Positions 30,840 to 41,516 of a DNA stretch of 64,000 nucleotides are shown piece after piece; the first letter of the stretch is position 1; the number at the start of each line of letters is the position of its first letter. The stretch spans positions 2,272,001 through 2,336,000 of the forward strand of contig CAXXLL010000003.1 in assembly GCA_963662545.2 (NCBI GenBank), written 5' to 3'. A program made the translations under genes and the position numbers. The DNA comes from Gammaproteobacteria bacterium (GTDB lineage: Bacteria > Pseudomonadota > Gammaproteobacteria > Ga0077536). Under the pieces are notes generated by a model that ran no database searches, was not told where the DNA came from, and saw only the letters and a list, made by a program, of their open reading frames with translations.

Positions 30840-32120
30840 TGTGGGTGGCGAATTCCAATTTTGAACAGAAAGAGTGCAATTTCCTAGTCTTGTCAGCGTC
30901 GCCTAGCTGGATACGATAATGGGATGCGAGAAGGGATTTTCCTGCTCATCCATCTCATGGTGACGATCGCCAAATTACTAGGTCTGGGCGGCGTCCGATC
31001 GGTGGTCGCCGAATCGCTCCTGGTCAAACACCAATTACTGATTCTCAATCGCTCGCGCGAGCGCGCGCCGAACCTGCGCCCCATGGACCGAGTCATAGCT
31101 GGACTCTGCAGCCCGGGTCGTGCGTTCTGGTCATCGTGCTAAAACCCTCCACAATCATATGAAGCGGAAATATCGATTGCTGTTTACGCCTAATGCTTGC
31201 TTCATGCGCCCAGCCCGGGTCGTGCGTTCTGGTATCGTGCTAAAACCCTCCACAATCATGAGCTTTCACCGAGCCCTCGTGAAGCGGAAATATCGATTGC
31301 TGTTTACGCCTAAACACCGTGGAAAGCCAGGTCCGAAAGGACCTTCTCCCCAGCTGATCGCCGCGATCGTTGAGATGAAACTGAGTAATCCACGCTTTGG
31401 CTGCCGGCGGATCGCCGAGCAGATTTCGTTTGTCTTCGGCGTGCAGATCGATAAGGACGTGGTGCGTCGTGTACTGGCCAAGCACTACCATCCGGGGCCG
31501 GGTTCTGGTGGTCCGAGTTGGCTGACGTTCCTCGGGCACACAAAGGACAGCCTCTGGAGCGTTGATTTATTTCGGTGCGAATCGCTGATCATAAATACCC
31601 ACTGGGTGATGGTCGTCATGGACCAATTCACTCGGCGGATTATCGGCTTCGCCGTTCATGCCGGGGTGGTCGATGGACCCGCGGCTTGCCGCATGTTCAA
31701 CGAGGCGACTGCCGGATTAGGAGCCCTACCCCGGTATCTCAGCAGTGACAACGATCCGTTGTTCGAGTTCCACCGCTGGAAGGCAAACCTGCGGATCCTC
31801 GAAGTAACGGAGATAAAGACTGTCCCATACGTACCCTTATCTCATCCGTTCGTCGAGAGATTGATCGGCACCGTTCGGCGCGAATTCCTCGATTTCGTGC
31901 CGTTCTGGAACGCCCATGATCTGCAGCAGAAGCTTCGTAATTTTCGGGAATACTACAATCGCGTGCGAGTTCACCGGGCGTTGGATGGCGCCACGCCGGA
32001 CGTAGCATCGGCAAGAGCCGAACCGCCAGTCGTCCGTCTGGATGAATATCGGTGGGAAAACTACTGCGGCGGGCTTTATCAGCTACCTGTGGCCGCATAA
32101 CGCTTAATTCGCCACCAACA
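30840..32120 (+). mobile_element. IS481-like insertion sequence (integrase-core transposase, frameshifted)
   Basis: Ends tgtgggtggcgaatt / aattcgccaccaaca; ORFs 30924-31142 and 31120-32100 with SVDLF, SDND and VERLIG; internal ~85-bp duplication. Confidence 0.8.
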
Positions 32121-32182
32121 CGTGGGTAGAGATTAGCCCTACGGACCTCTTCTCAGTAAAAACAGAAGCTTACTGAATGTTA

Positions 32183-32196
32183 TGGCGGAGAGAGAG
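32183..32196 (-). other. att core: 3' end of a tRNA-Ser-type gene (ctctctctccgcca)
   Basis: tggcggagagagag lies 170 bp upstream of the integrase; the rest of the tRNA is absent. Confidence 0.7.
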
Positions 32197-32365
32197 TCCG
32201 CTATAATATAGTTCTACCAAGTCCAGAGTAGTCCATAAGATTCGAATATTCATGTACTTGTTATCCTATACTATCCAGAGCCAACTGCTATAATCCATAC
32301 ATATCGGGGGACCGTTTGGGGGACTTACCCAATGGAGCTCCACCGACAAGAACAGGATTTATGGC

Positions 32366-33580
32366 ATGCCGATACACAAGCTCAACCCGCGCAAAGTTAC
32401 AACCGTAGGCCCCGGCAAGTATGAGGACGGCGGCGGGCTTCGCCTGGTGGTTGCCGGTTCGGGAGCGAAGAAATGGGTGCTGCGCTTCACCATCGACGGC
32501 AAGCGTCGGGAGATGGGCCTGGGCAGCTTCCCGGATGTAGGATTGGCCGAAGCACGGGACCAAGCTGCGGCCTACCGGAAACAGGCCAAGGCCGGGGTTG
32601 ATCCGATCGAGGCGCGGCAGACCGGGATCGAGACAACGCCCACCTTCACCACCTGCGCGGCCCGCTATATCCAGACCCATCGACGCGCCTGGAAGAACGC
32701 CAAACACGCCCGACAGTGGGTGCGCACGCTCAAGACCTACGCCCGGCCGGTGATGGGCTCGAAGCGGGTGGACATCATCGTTACGGAGGATGTTTTGAAA
32801 ATCCTCAAACCCATCTGGACCACCAAGACCGAGACCGCCAAGCGGGTCCAGGGGCGGGTCGAAAACATCCTCGATTACGCCGCCGCGCACCAGTACCGCG
32901 ACCCGCTGAACCCCGCCCGCTGGCGCGGCCATCTGGACAAACTGTTACCGAAGCCGGCACGGGTGAAGCAGGTTACCCACCATCCGGCCATGCCCCACAC
33001 CGAAGTCCCCGCCTTCATGGCGGAGTTGTCGGACAACGACAGTGTCTCCGCGTTGGCGCTGCGGTTTCTGATCTTGACGGCCACCCGCACCAATGAGGTG
33101 CTACACGCGCAATGGCAAGAGGTTGACCGGGAGGCCGCTGTCTGGACCATCCCCGCTGACCGGATGAAGACCCGGCGCGAACACCGGGTGCCGCTGTCAG
33201 ACGCGGCTCTAGCGGTTCTGCAGGCGCTGCCCTGCCTCGAAGGCAATCCCTATCTCTTTCCCGGTGCCCGGCATGGCCACCCTCTGTCGAACATGGCTCT
33301 GCTGCTGCTGATGCGCGGCATGGGGTACGGGGGCTGTGGCGAGCGGGGTCACTACGTGCCCCACGGTTTCCGCTCCAGCTTCCGTGACTGGTCCGGTGAG
33401 GTCTCCAGCTTCCCGCGCGACGTGGCGGAGATGGCCCTGGCCCACGTCATCGAGAACAAGGTAGAAGCTGCCTACCGACGCGGCGATTTGTTCACCAAGC
33501 GCCGCAAGATGATGCAGGAATGGGCGGCCTACGTCGGCAAGCCACAAGCCGAAGTCATACCGATCGGCACACACGCCTGA
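32366..33580 (+). CDS. P4-like tyrosine integrase with arm-binding N-terminal domain
   Basis: YEDGGGLRL..KWVLRF..MGLG; catalytic R (ATRTNE), K (MKT), HGFR, LAH, AAY. Confidence 0.95.
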   Translation: MPIHKLNPRKVTTVGPGKYEDGGGLRLVVAGSGAKKWVLRFTIDGKRREMGLGSFPDVGLAEARDQAAAYRKQAKAGVDPIEARQTGIETTPTFTTCAARYIQTHRRAWKNAKHARQWVRTLKTYARPVMGSKRVDIIVTEDVLKILKPIWTTKTETAKRVQGRVENILDYAAAHQYRDPLNPARWRGHLDKLLPKPARVKQVTHHPAMPHTEVPAFMAELSDNDSVSALALRFLILTATRTNEVLHAQWQEVDREAAVWTIPADRMKTRREHRVPLSDAALAVLQALPCLEGNPYLFPGARHGHPLSNMALLLLMRGMGYGGCGERGHYVPHGFRSSFRDWSGEVSSFPRDVAEMALAHVIENKVEAAYRRGDLFTKRRKMMQEWAAYVGKPQAEVIPIGTHA

Positions 33581-33758
33581 AATGGTCAGGGCCCCCTGGG
33601 AGGGACAGACCCTGTTCTATCCCGCAAGCCGCGTTTGCACGGCCCGCTCCATCCGCGGGTGATACCCGTCAATAACCTGGCGCGCTCGGGACTGTGTTTG
33701 TCTCGATATTTATGTGGCGACACAGTCATTCGTCACGACTCACATGCGCGGCATCGCG

Positions 33759-33826
33759 GCCGTGACACTTTTCGCAGCCGGTCCTTCCGTAACCGGCAAA
33801 ACCGATGAAACCGACACCGCCCGCCA
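33759..33826 (+). repeat. 68-bp motif, copy 1 (inverted copy at 62457-62524)
   Basis: 58/68 ungapped identity with a 31-bp identical core. Confidence 0.85.
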
Positions 33827-34125
33827 CGCCCCATCGTAAACCTGGACGAACCGCAACGAACCAATCTCTCGAGTCGGTGACGACATGGTGAAGACCTGGG
33901 GAAAGCCGGTCATTGCATAAACGTTGAGCGGGCATCTAAACCTCATCACCTCGGCGCTACAGTGCGCAGGGATCGCGGTTGAGCGACAGAAAAGCGGCCG
34001 GCGGCTGATTTTCGAGTATTCGGCTTACCCGAAGGGAAACACTGAAGGGCGTCCCCATGCGCGCGGGGCGGTGGTGGAGAGACATTCGAACCCATCCCTG
34101 AACGAACACCATAGGAGAACCATTG

Positions 34126-34664
34126 ATGAAGCACACCGAAATGATGGCCTTGTCAAATCGGGGGGGCACACGCACCGCGGTGGAACGCGCGAGCGCGTGG
34201 CTGCTGTCGCACTTGGAGGCGGGTAGCTGCTTGGACGCCGCCGGCTGGGTGAGGGCACGCGACATTGAGGTGGCGCGTTCGAAGACGGGCGTAAGTCGTG
34301 CCGCGCTAAACCGGGCCCGCAGGTGGTTGCAGAAAACCGGACACATCGAGAAATGTCGGCGCGGCTATCAAGGACCGTGGATGTATCGCCGGGTGGCCTC
34401 GACGTCCAGGCACTGTCCGTTGTGCGGTGCGGTCAACGGTGTGCCGGCCCCGGTCGAGCCGGTGCCGACATCCGAGCCCCCCAGCCTGCGGTGGCGATCC
34501 GCTACCTTGGCCGGCGGTCCTGGTACACCGATGGATTGTATGGGACCGGCCTCGTGTGGCACGGCCCCGGTGACATCCAGCCGATCACGGATGCCGACAA
34601 GGCACGGCGCATGGCCCGGAATCACCCGGATGCCTATGAGCTCGTCGAGGTCGAGTCCGACTGA
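34126..34664 (+). pseudogene. Frameshifted hypothetical protein (putative wHTH, CxxC, phage-like C-terminus)
   Basis: aggaga RBS; VSRAALNRARRWL, CPLCG; C-terminus IRYLGRRSWYTDGLYGTG in another frame after a C-run near 34480. Confidence 0.45.
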
Positions 34665-35182
34665 CCGCGTTCAGGCGCCTGAGCCAAGGCAAACAAACGG
34701 CGCACAAGACCTGTTCCAACTGCCAACCGCTGAAACGCAAAGGGTCACCAAGACCGTAACAAACAGCGTCGCACCTGCGGTCCGGTTGCCTCGTTGGGCC
34801 CACCCCCAGCGGAAAACGAGGGCAATATTGCTCAGCATGAAGAAGCGACCTTCAAAGCCGGTTGACACACTCGCGGCTGCCAACCTTTTGCGTCACCGTT
34901 GACATGGTATTCGGTCATTTGATCAGCATACTGCCTCATTGACGGTGATAATGTTCAATGGTCTTCTCCTTTCACAAGGCGATTACATACGATTGTACCC
35001 AAAGCGGGCGCCGGGCGAACGGACACCCGACGCCCTATGCCGACCTTGGAAGTTCGCGCAAACAGGGCCGACAATCTGATAGACGAGCGCCGAAGCGGAG
35101 AGAAACGACAAGAGCCGCCCCGGCGCTCTGGCCCTGCGTAAACGAGTAGTCAAACGCAGAGATTTTGGCAGAAGCTAGCGGG

Positions 35183-35359
35183 TTATTTCTGAGGGGCGGG
35201 CGACCCGCGCCGCGGCGGAGGATCGTTGGGAAACAGGGCTTTGACTCCGCGCCGGAATCGCTCGTACAGCTCTTCGCCGGTCGTTTCCTCGGTGGCGTAA
35301 GGCTTGATGCGCATGTCTTCGTGGTAATCGCGTGGCGGTCGTTTTTTCAACTTTGGCAT
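35183..35359 (-). CDS. Small hypothetical protein (PRDY motif)
   Basis: Similar to the second small ORF at 36005-36178. Confidence 0.45.
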   Translation of the reverse strand: MPKLKKRPPRDYHEDMRIKPYATEETTGEELYERFRRGVKALFPNDPPPRRGSPAPQK

Positions 35360-35703
35360 GGAGGCATTTTTTTGATAACAATAGTTTATCGCAAAATCGC
35401 AATCAATCCGGGCCCCTGCCAAGCGTTGACAAAGTGACCACTAAGCAACCATAGCCGTTGTCGTTTATTCGTCAACAACTATATACGATTGACGATCTCA
35501 ACGTCGCTATAGCACACCGCCCACCGTGACAACTCATGTGGTCCGCCCTGTCGGGCCACCCGCTGAACACAACAGCTGTTCAATGCAGCGCTGGGTAGCT
35601 CCCGGTGCTGGGCGAATAAGCGGGACTTTCCGCGATCACGTGGGTTGTCACAATGGCCCGGTGCCCTTTGCCGGGAAGGTCCCGATACACAGGAGAACTC
35701 ACC

Positions 35704-35979
35704 ATGAAGAAAGCCTTAGCGGTGCTGGCTTTACCGGCGCATTCTGCGTGGGCGCAAGAGTCCGCGTCTCCGAAAATCGCTACCCCCATCGGACTTGCTC
35801 CCCCGCAAAGCTACGTCCACATTGTCTGCGACAAGGACGAAGGTGAGGAAGATTGCGTCGTCGCCTTCCGGTGCCATGGCTACTTCGAGGCAGTGACGTG
35901 GACGGTCGACGTCGAGCCGGGGCTGTTCAACTACTGGCCGGGCAAAACCGATAGCTCGGGGAATTATGTACGAAAGTGA
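35704..35979 (+). pseudogene. Secreted hypothetical protein, probably 3'-truncated
   Basis: aggaga RBS; signal peptide MKKALAVLAL..AWA-Q; ends at a putative mobile-element end (35958). Confidence 0.5.
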
Positions 35980-36004
35980 CGAAAAGCCGCTTAGCGGCTG
36001 ATCG

Positions 36005-36178
36005 TTAAGTCTTTTCAGCTTTTGGCTTTTCCGGTCCGTAGCCAGCGCCGCTGAGCACGACTTTGACGAACCAATGGGCTCGGTCCAGCAGCTCTTTTCG
36101 AGTTGCGTTCTCAGGTGGTGGTGGGGCGAAGCGAAGATCTGCGTCGTAGTCTCGCGGGGCTGCTTTAGGCTTTGACGT
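36005..36178 (-). pseudogene. Small PRDY-motif ORF with ACG in place of the start codon
   Basis: ggagag RBS 5 nt upstream; TSKPKAAPRDYDADLRF..ATRKELLDR. Confidence 0.4.
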
Positions 36179-36432
36179 GTTGTCTCTCCATTGGCACCAC
36201 GCCGAAGGGTACCACGCCCCAGATCACATACAAGCCCACTTGGTGACTATCTTCGGGAATCCCGCGACGTCGGGTTACCCGTTGAATACAACAGCCTATC
36301 GTGGCGCTGGAGTAGCTACCAGCGTCGGGTGAACAGGCGGGGATTTCTCCTTTTTCCGAGGATGGTCGCCAATGGCCCGGCATGTTGAGTTGCACCGAAA
36401 ATTGACCCACCCGGAAGAGCCAGTATGGCTCA

Positions 36433-37206
36433 TTATTTTGATGATTTTCTAGTCTTCTTTTCCTTTTTGTTTTGCATCGAACTGTTCTTGAAGCGGAAGC
36501 TATCATTTCCGGTCTCAGCGATGTGGCAATGATGCGTGAACCGGTCCAACAGCGCTGTTGTCATTTTTGGATCAACGAACACGCTGGACCACTCCGAGAA
36601 ACTCAGATTAGTGGTAATGATGACGCTGGTGCGTTCATAGAGCTTGCTGAGTAAATGGAAGAGCAACGCACCGCCGGCTTGCGAGAATGGCAGATATCCG
36701 AGTTCGTCAAGAATGACGAGGTCCGTATGAACTAAACGCTTGGCCATTTTCCCAGGTTTTCTCTCTGCCTTTTCTTGTTCAAGCAGATTGACGAGTTCAA
36801 TGGTAGAGAAGCAGCGAACCCGTAAATGATGATGCCTGATGGCATGGACGCCGATCGCGGTTGCCAAATGGGTTTTGCCGGTACCGGGTCCACCGATGAG
36901 GACGAGGTTATGTGCATCGTCGATGAAGTCGCCGGCATGGAGCGTGCTGATCAAAGCCTGGTCAACGGTACTCTCGGTGAAGTCGAAACCGGCTAAATCG
37001 CGGTAAGCAGGGAAGCGAGCAACCTTCATTTGATAGTTGATCGACCGCACTTCGCGCTCGGCGACTTCGGCTTTAAGCAGTGACGCTAGAAGGGGCTCGG
37101 CTTGGCGGTAGGCCGGCGCCTGTTGTAGGGCGAGTTCACCGATAGCGTCAGCCATGCCGTGGAGTTTCAGCGACTTCAAGGTCGTTACCAGTGCGTCAGT
37201 CTGCAT
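36433..37206 (-). CDS. istB: IS21 helper ATPase IstB
   Basis: [22 protein letters not shown] and LLDR motifs. Confidence 0.93.
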   Translation of the reverse strand: MQTDALVTTLKSLKLHGMADAIGELALQQAPAYRQAEPLLASLLKAEVAEREVRSINYQMKVARFPAYRDLAGFDFTESTVDQALISTLHAGDFIDDAHNLVLIGGPGTGKTHLATAIGVHAIRHHHLRVRCFSTIELVNLLEQEKAERKPGKMAKRLVHTDLVILDELGYLPFSQAGGALLFHLLSKLYERTSVIITTNLSFSEWSSVFVDPKMTTALLDRFTHHCHIAETGNDSFRFKNSSMQNKKEKKTRKSSK

Positions 37207-38717
37207 GGGTAACCTCCCGTAAATGATCGTAGCGATCAACATTGGCTTGGGGCTCTTCAATCAAGCTCAGTCCGGCCGGTGCGTCGATGCGCGCTGGTGC
37301 GGTTGTTTCGAGCAACCGATTGAGGATATTGATAACGTGTTGCTTCGAAGGCGCGCCAGTTTCAAGCGCGAGTTCGACGGCACACAGCACCGTCTGCTCG
37401 TCGTGGTGCAAGACCAACGCCAAAACCTCGACCATCTCGCGATCGCCACCAGGGCGCTTGAGTCGTGTTGATTGGAGACGTTTGAACCCGTCAGGGAGCT
37501 CGGCAAAGGGAGCCCCATTACGCAACGCGCCCGGCTTGCGTTGCACCACGGCCAAATAATGACGCCCGTCGTATAAGACTTGCGCGGTGCGGTCATGACC
37601 CTGCGAGAACAGCCTGGGATGTTCGACGACTTTGCTACCTTCAGCGACAATCACGAGTCGATTCGCATAAACGCGTAGACTCACGGCGTGGTTCGCGAAT
37701 GCAGCCGGCACACGGTAACGATTGCGCTCGAACGCGATCAAACAGGTTGGCGACACCCGTTTAGTGTGCTCGATGAATCCATCGAACGGCGGCGGCATCC
37801 GCATCAGTGCTGTTTGCTCATCTACCCAGACCGCGGCGATGGTGCATCGGTTGCTCGGGGTGACGAACCTCATGCCACAGCATCTGACAACGAGCGGCCA
37901 ACCAGGTATTAAGTTCGTCCAGGTCAACAAACTTCGGTGCATCGTGCCAGAACCGTGACCGCGAGTCCCTCACGTTCTTCTCGATCTGGCCCTTCTCCCA
38001 GCCGGCGGCGGGGCTGCAAAATGTCGCCTCGAGTAAGAAGTGGCTGGCCATCGCCTGGAAACGCGCGTTGACCTCGCGGATCTTACCCCGACCAACCCGG
38101 TTCACGGCCGTCTTCATGTTGTCGTAAATACCCCGCTGAGGCACACCGCCCAGCACGGCCAACGCGTGGTTGTGCGCATCGAATAACATCTCGTGCGTTT
38201 GCAGCGGGTAAGCACGTAGGACGAATGCGCGGCTGTAGGAGAGTTTGAAATGCGCGATCATGAGCTTGCGGCGCTCGCCGCCGATCACTGCCCAGTCTTC
38301 GGACCAATCAAACTGAAAAGCCTCTCCCGGCTCGAACACCAACGGGACAAACGTCCCACGGGCCGCCTTTACCCCCTCTTGGCGCCGCGTCCGCCACGCG
38401 CGCGCGAATGCTGCGACCCGGTCGTAGGAACCGCGATATCCCAGATGAACCAAGTCGCCGTAGAGTTGGCGTAAATTACGCCGTTGTTTGCGGCTACGAC
38501 CCGATTCTCGCGTCAGCCACGACGCCAGCGTTTCCGCATCGTCATCTATTTTGCTGGGGGTCGTGCGCTTGGGATACGCAGGCTCCACCTCGCCGCTCGC
38601 CAAATACTTAGCAATCGTGTTCCTGGATAACTTCGTTCGACGGGATATCTCTCGGATCGACTGGCCTTCCCGAAAATGCCAGCGTCTAATAACACTCAAT
38701 AAATCCACGTCCATCAC
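37196..38717 (-). pseudogene. istA: IS21 transposase IstA, frameshifted near 37845
   Basis: FQFDW, YDNMKT and EKGQIE motifs; 2-bp deletion relative to the intact copy at 50799-52322. Confidence 0.9.
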
Positions 38718-38823
38718 TCCTTCTGTCTCCTGCTCGGTTCCGAGCAGGCAAGGGTCTATGAGTGGATCAAATTTGGATGCAAATACCTACCTTAAGTGGA
38801 TCACTTTTAAGTGCAAATCAACA

Positions 38824-39398
38824 GACAGCCTCTGGAGCGTCGATTTATTTCGGTGCGAATCACTGATCATAAATACCCACTGGGTGATGGTCGTCATGGA
38901 ACAATTCACTCGGCGGATTATCGGCTTCGCCGTTCATGCCGGGGTGGTCGACGGATCCGCGGCCTGCCGCATGTTCAACGAGGCGACTGCCGGATCAGGA
39001 GCCCGACCCCGATATCTCAGCAGTGACAACGATCCGTTGTTCGAGTTCCACCGTTGAAAGGCAAACCTGCGGATCCTCGAAGTAACGGAGATAAAGACTG
39101 TCCCATACGTACCCTTATCTCATCCGTTCGTCGAGAGATTGATCGGCACCGTTCGGCGCGAATTCCTCGATTTCGTGCCGTTCTGGAACGCCCATGATCT
39201 GCAGCAGAAGCTTCGTAATTTTCGGGAATACTACAATCGCGTGCGAGTTCACCGGGCGTTGGATGGCGCCACGCCGGACGTAGCATCGGCAAGAGCCGAA
39301 CCGCCAGTCGTCCGTCTGGATGAATATCGGTGGGAAAACTACTGCGGCGGGCTTTATCAGCTACCTGTGGCCGCATAACGCTTAATTCGCCACCAACA
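38824..39398 (+). mobile_element. 3' half of a second IS481-like copy, with an internal stop
   Basis: Near-identical to 31546-32120; TGA at 39055; ends aattcgccaccaaca. Confidence 0.9.
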
Positions 39399-39431
39399 GG
39401 TCAGGGCGCTCCGCAGCGGTGAAATCACCCC

Positions 39432-39816
39432 TCAACGGCGCGTAATCGGCCAAGCGAACCACGCTCTCTGGGCATGCTGTTTGGCGAGGATCATGAGATT
39501 GTGGCCACGCCGCTCTGCGCCGAGCCGATAGGCGAGCCTGTCCGCAACCTGCTTCCAGGCCCAGCCGGACACCCGTTTGAGATGGTAGGCCTTGGCGCTG
39601 AGCGAAGCTTGCTTGCACGTGGCGCAATATTTCCTGAGCTGCTTTTTCTGCTGCGCCCACAGTGCCTGACCGCAAACTTTACAAGTGCCGGGCAAGCCCG
39701 AGCCTGTGGCCGATCTGCGAGACGCGCTGTTTCGTGATCCCCAGATCTGCGCTGATCTCGCGCTGCGTTTTCCGGCCCCACCACGCCCGTATGTTAAGAT
39801 TGACTTTCCATGCCAT
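39432..39816 (-). pseudogene. Frameshifted HTH plus zinc-ribbon hypothetical protein
   Basis: TQREISADLGITKQRVSQI (HTH-like), then CKVC...CATC in another frame. Confidence 0.5.
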
Positions 39817-40209
39817 CAAGGTTGGTTCGTTGACTTCGCCATCAGCATCTCTTATTGAGTCGGCCTTTGCACGGTATTTCCAATCTGCCTTCTTGCCACC
39901 ATGTTCGCCATCAGCACATGCGGGACAAATTGAGGTGACAGGCTAACGGAGGATTTCTGGTTCATCCTCGTTAGAGAAAGGAACAAAAATGAGGCAGGAA
40001 TCCATGAACACGAGCGGGCTCGCTGAGTGGCGGAAATTCTCACCAGCGATAACTGCTGCCGTATTCCCCCTATTCAGAGAAGAAGCCGCTGCGCACCCTG
40101 ATTGAACACTCCGAGCACACACCGACCGTCGCCGAAAACGCAGGCCATCTCGCCGTAAAACACGAGCGCAGGATGAGAAAGGACCCGTGGGCATGAATTC
40201 CGTGCTTTC

Positions 40210-41169
40210 ATGCTTTCATTCCTACTGTTTGTCGTCGCCCTGTGGGGGCTTGCACTACACCCAGCGCAGGCTGGATCGGGACTCTATCTGAGTAGTGAGT
40301 TGGGCGCCAACTTCGCCCCAAACCTGGATACGCTCGGCACGTCCAACGACCGGGCCAGCGCGTGTGACGAGTTCATCAATCCCATGTTCGCAACCGTCAC
40401 ACAAACACCAGGGTACGAGAACTACAACTGTACGGGGCCCAATCGCGGTGCGACTGGCGACTGGGAGAACACGCTCGACGCTGCCGAGGGCATTCTGGCC
40501 GGCGTGGCGGTGGGGTATGGCTTGCGGGAGACATACCCGGACCACTTTCTGGGCCGGTTCCGTTTTGAGGTGGAGTACTTCTACCGTGACACCGAATACG
40601 ACCAGACGGCCGACATCCCCAGTGCCGCGGGCGAGAGCGGCGACAAGCTGGCCCAGGAGATCCTGACGGCGACCGACCGCATCGGCAGCGTCACATCGCA
40701 CAATCTGTTTGGGAATCTGTACGTCGACTTCCCGAACAGCAGCCGCTTCACGCCCTATGTGGGGGTTGGCGTGGGCGTGGGATTTACCGACATGGACTAC
40801 GGCAGTCTGTGGGCGCGCAACCCCGATCCCAACGCGATCACCACGGGCGTCGGATTGCCCAACGCGGACGCCATCCGCCGGAATCTTGCCGGGACGACCA
40901 GCAGCGCGCAAACCAAGCTTTCCGACACGCTGTTCGGCTACCAGGTCCTGTTCGGCGTGGACTATGCGCTCACCGAAGCGCTCACGCTGGGGGTCAAGGG
41001 CCGCTGGGTCAACTTCGAGACCTTCAGCGATGGCGGCATCGTCTGGGATCCGCTGCGCAGTCATCCACCCCATCTGCGCAGAGACTTGAGCGAACCCGTA
41101 GCGGGTTGGTTCAAGACACAGGACATCGAAATGTTCGCGGTCAGCGTAACCATGAAATACCACTTCTAG
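40210..41169 (+). CDS. Outer-membrane beta-barrel protein (opacity/OmpW-like)
   Basis: Signal peptide ending AQA; RFEVEYFYR, FTPYVGVGVG, FGYQVLFGVDY; C-terminal YHF. Confidence 0.85.
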   Translation: MLSFLLFVVALWGLALHPAQAGSGLYLSSELGANFAPNLDTLGTSNDRASACDEFINPMFATVTQTPGYENYNCTGPNRGATGDWENTLDAAEGILAGVAVGYGLRETYPDHFLGRFRFEVEYFYRDTEYDQTADIPSAAGESGDKLAQEILTATDRIGSVTSHNLFGNLYVDFPNSSRFTPYVGVGVGVGFTDMDYGSLWARNPDPNAITTGVGLPNADAIRRNLAGTTSSAQTKLSDTLFGYQVLFGVDYALTEALTLGVKGRWVNFETFSDGGIVWDPLRSHPPHLRRDLSEPVAGWFKTQDIEMFAVSVTMKYHF

Positions 41170-41335
41170 GGAAGATCTGAACGACGCGGGCAAGGGTCAA
41201 AACGCGCCGACAGGCGCGCACGCCTGAGAAGTTGCTCGACCGAAAGGGCCGGTCAGACGCCGAGAAGATCGCCGCTAGGTGGGCCGAGGCGAGCGATGCC
41301 CACCAAGTCATCCGCAAAAACGCGCATCTGCGTTA

Positions 41336-41449
41336 GATTCGAACAACATCCGTACCACCCGTTCCCGTACCTCAGGGGAATAGTTGTTTGATTTGCTCAC
41401 CACGCCTCCTCTCAAGAAATGGAGCCTCCGGGAAAGTCGGGGCGGTTCA
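41336..41449 (-). mobile_element. IS3-family left-end remnant
   Basis: tgaaccgccccgactttcccggaggctcc end, then (M)SKSNNYSPEVRERVVRML OrfA-like start. Confidence 0.75.
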
Positions 41450-41516
41450 CTCGATGATGGATGCTTGAAGTCATAGGAGGTCTTTGACTGTGGAGTTTTT
41501 TAGATCCGTAATTGAT

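Larger units (their letters stand above)
36383..38823 (-). mobile_element. IS21-family element type A, copy 1 (istA frameshifted, istB intact)
   Basis: tgttga...tcaaca ends; near-identical to 49962-52428. Confidence 0.95.

Noticed and set aside
34123-34902. 259-aa ORF as a single real protein
   Set aside because: Sequence after ~34480 is low-complexity read-through; the plausible C-terminus is in another frame
36200-36280. Possible IS1595 transposase C-terminal trace (KGT..QITYK..LGDYLRE)
   Set aside because: Needs a frameshift and several substitutions; too weak to call by eye
40255-41193. 312-aa minus-strand ORF
   Set aside because: Shadow of the beta-barrel gene
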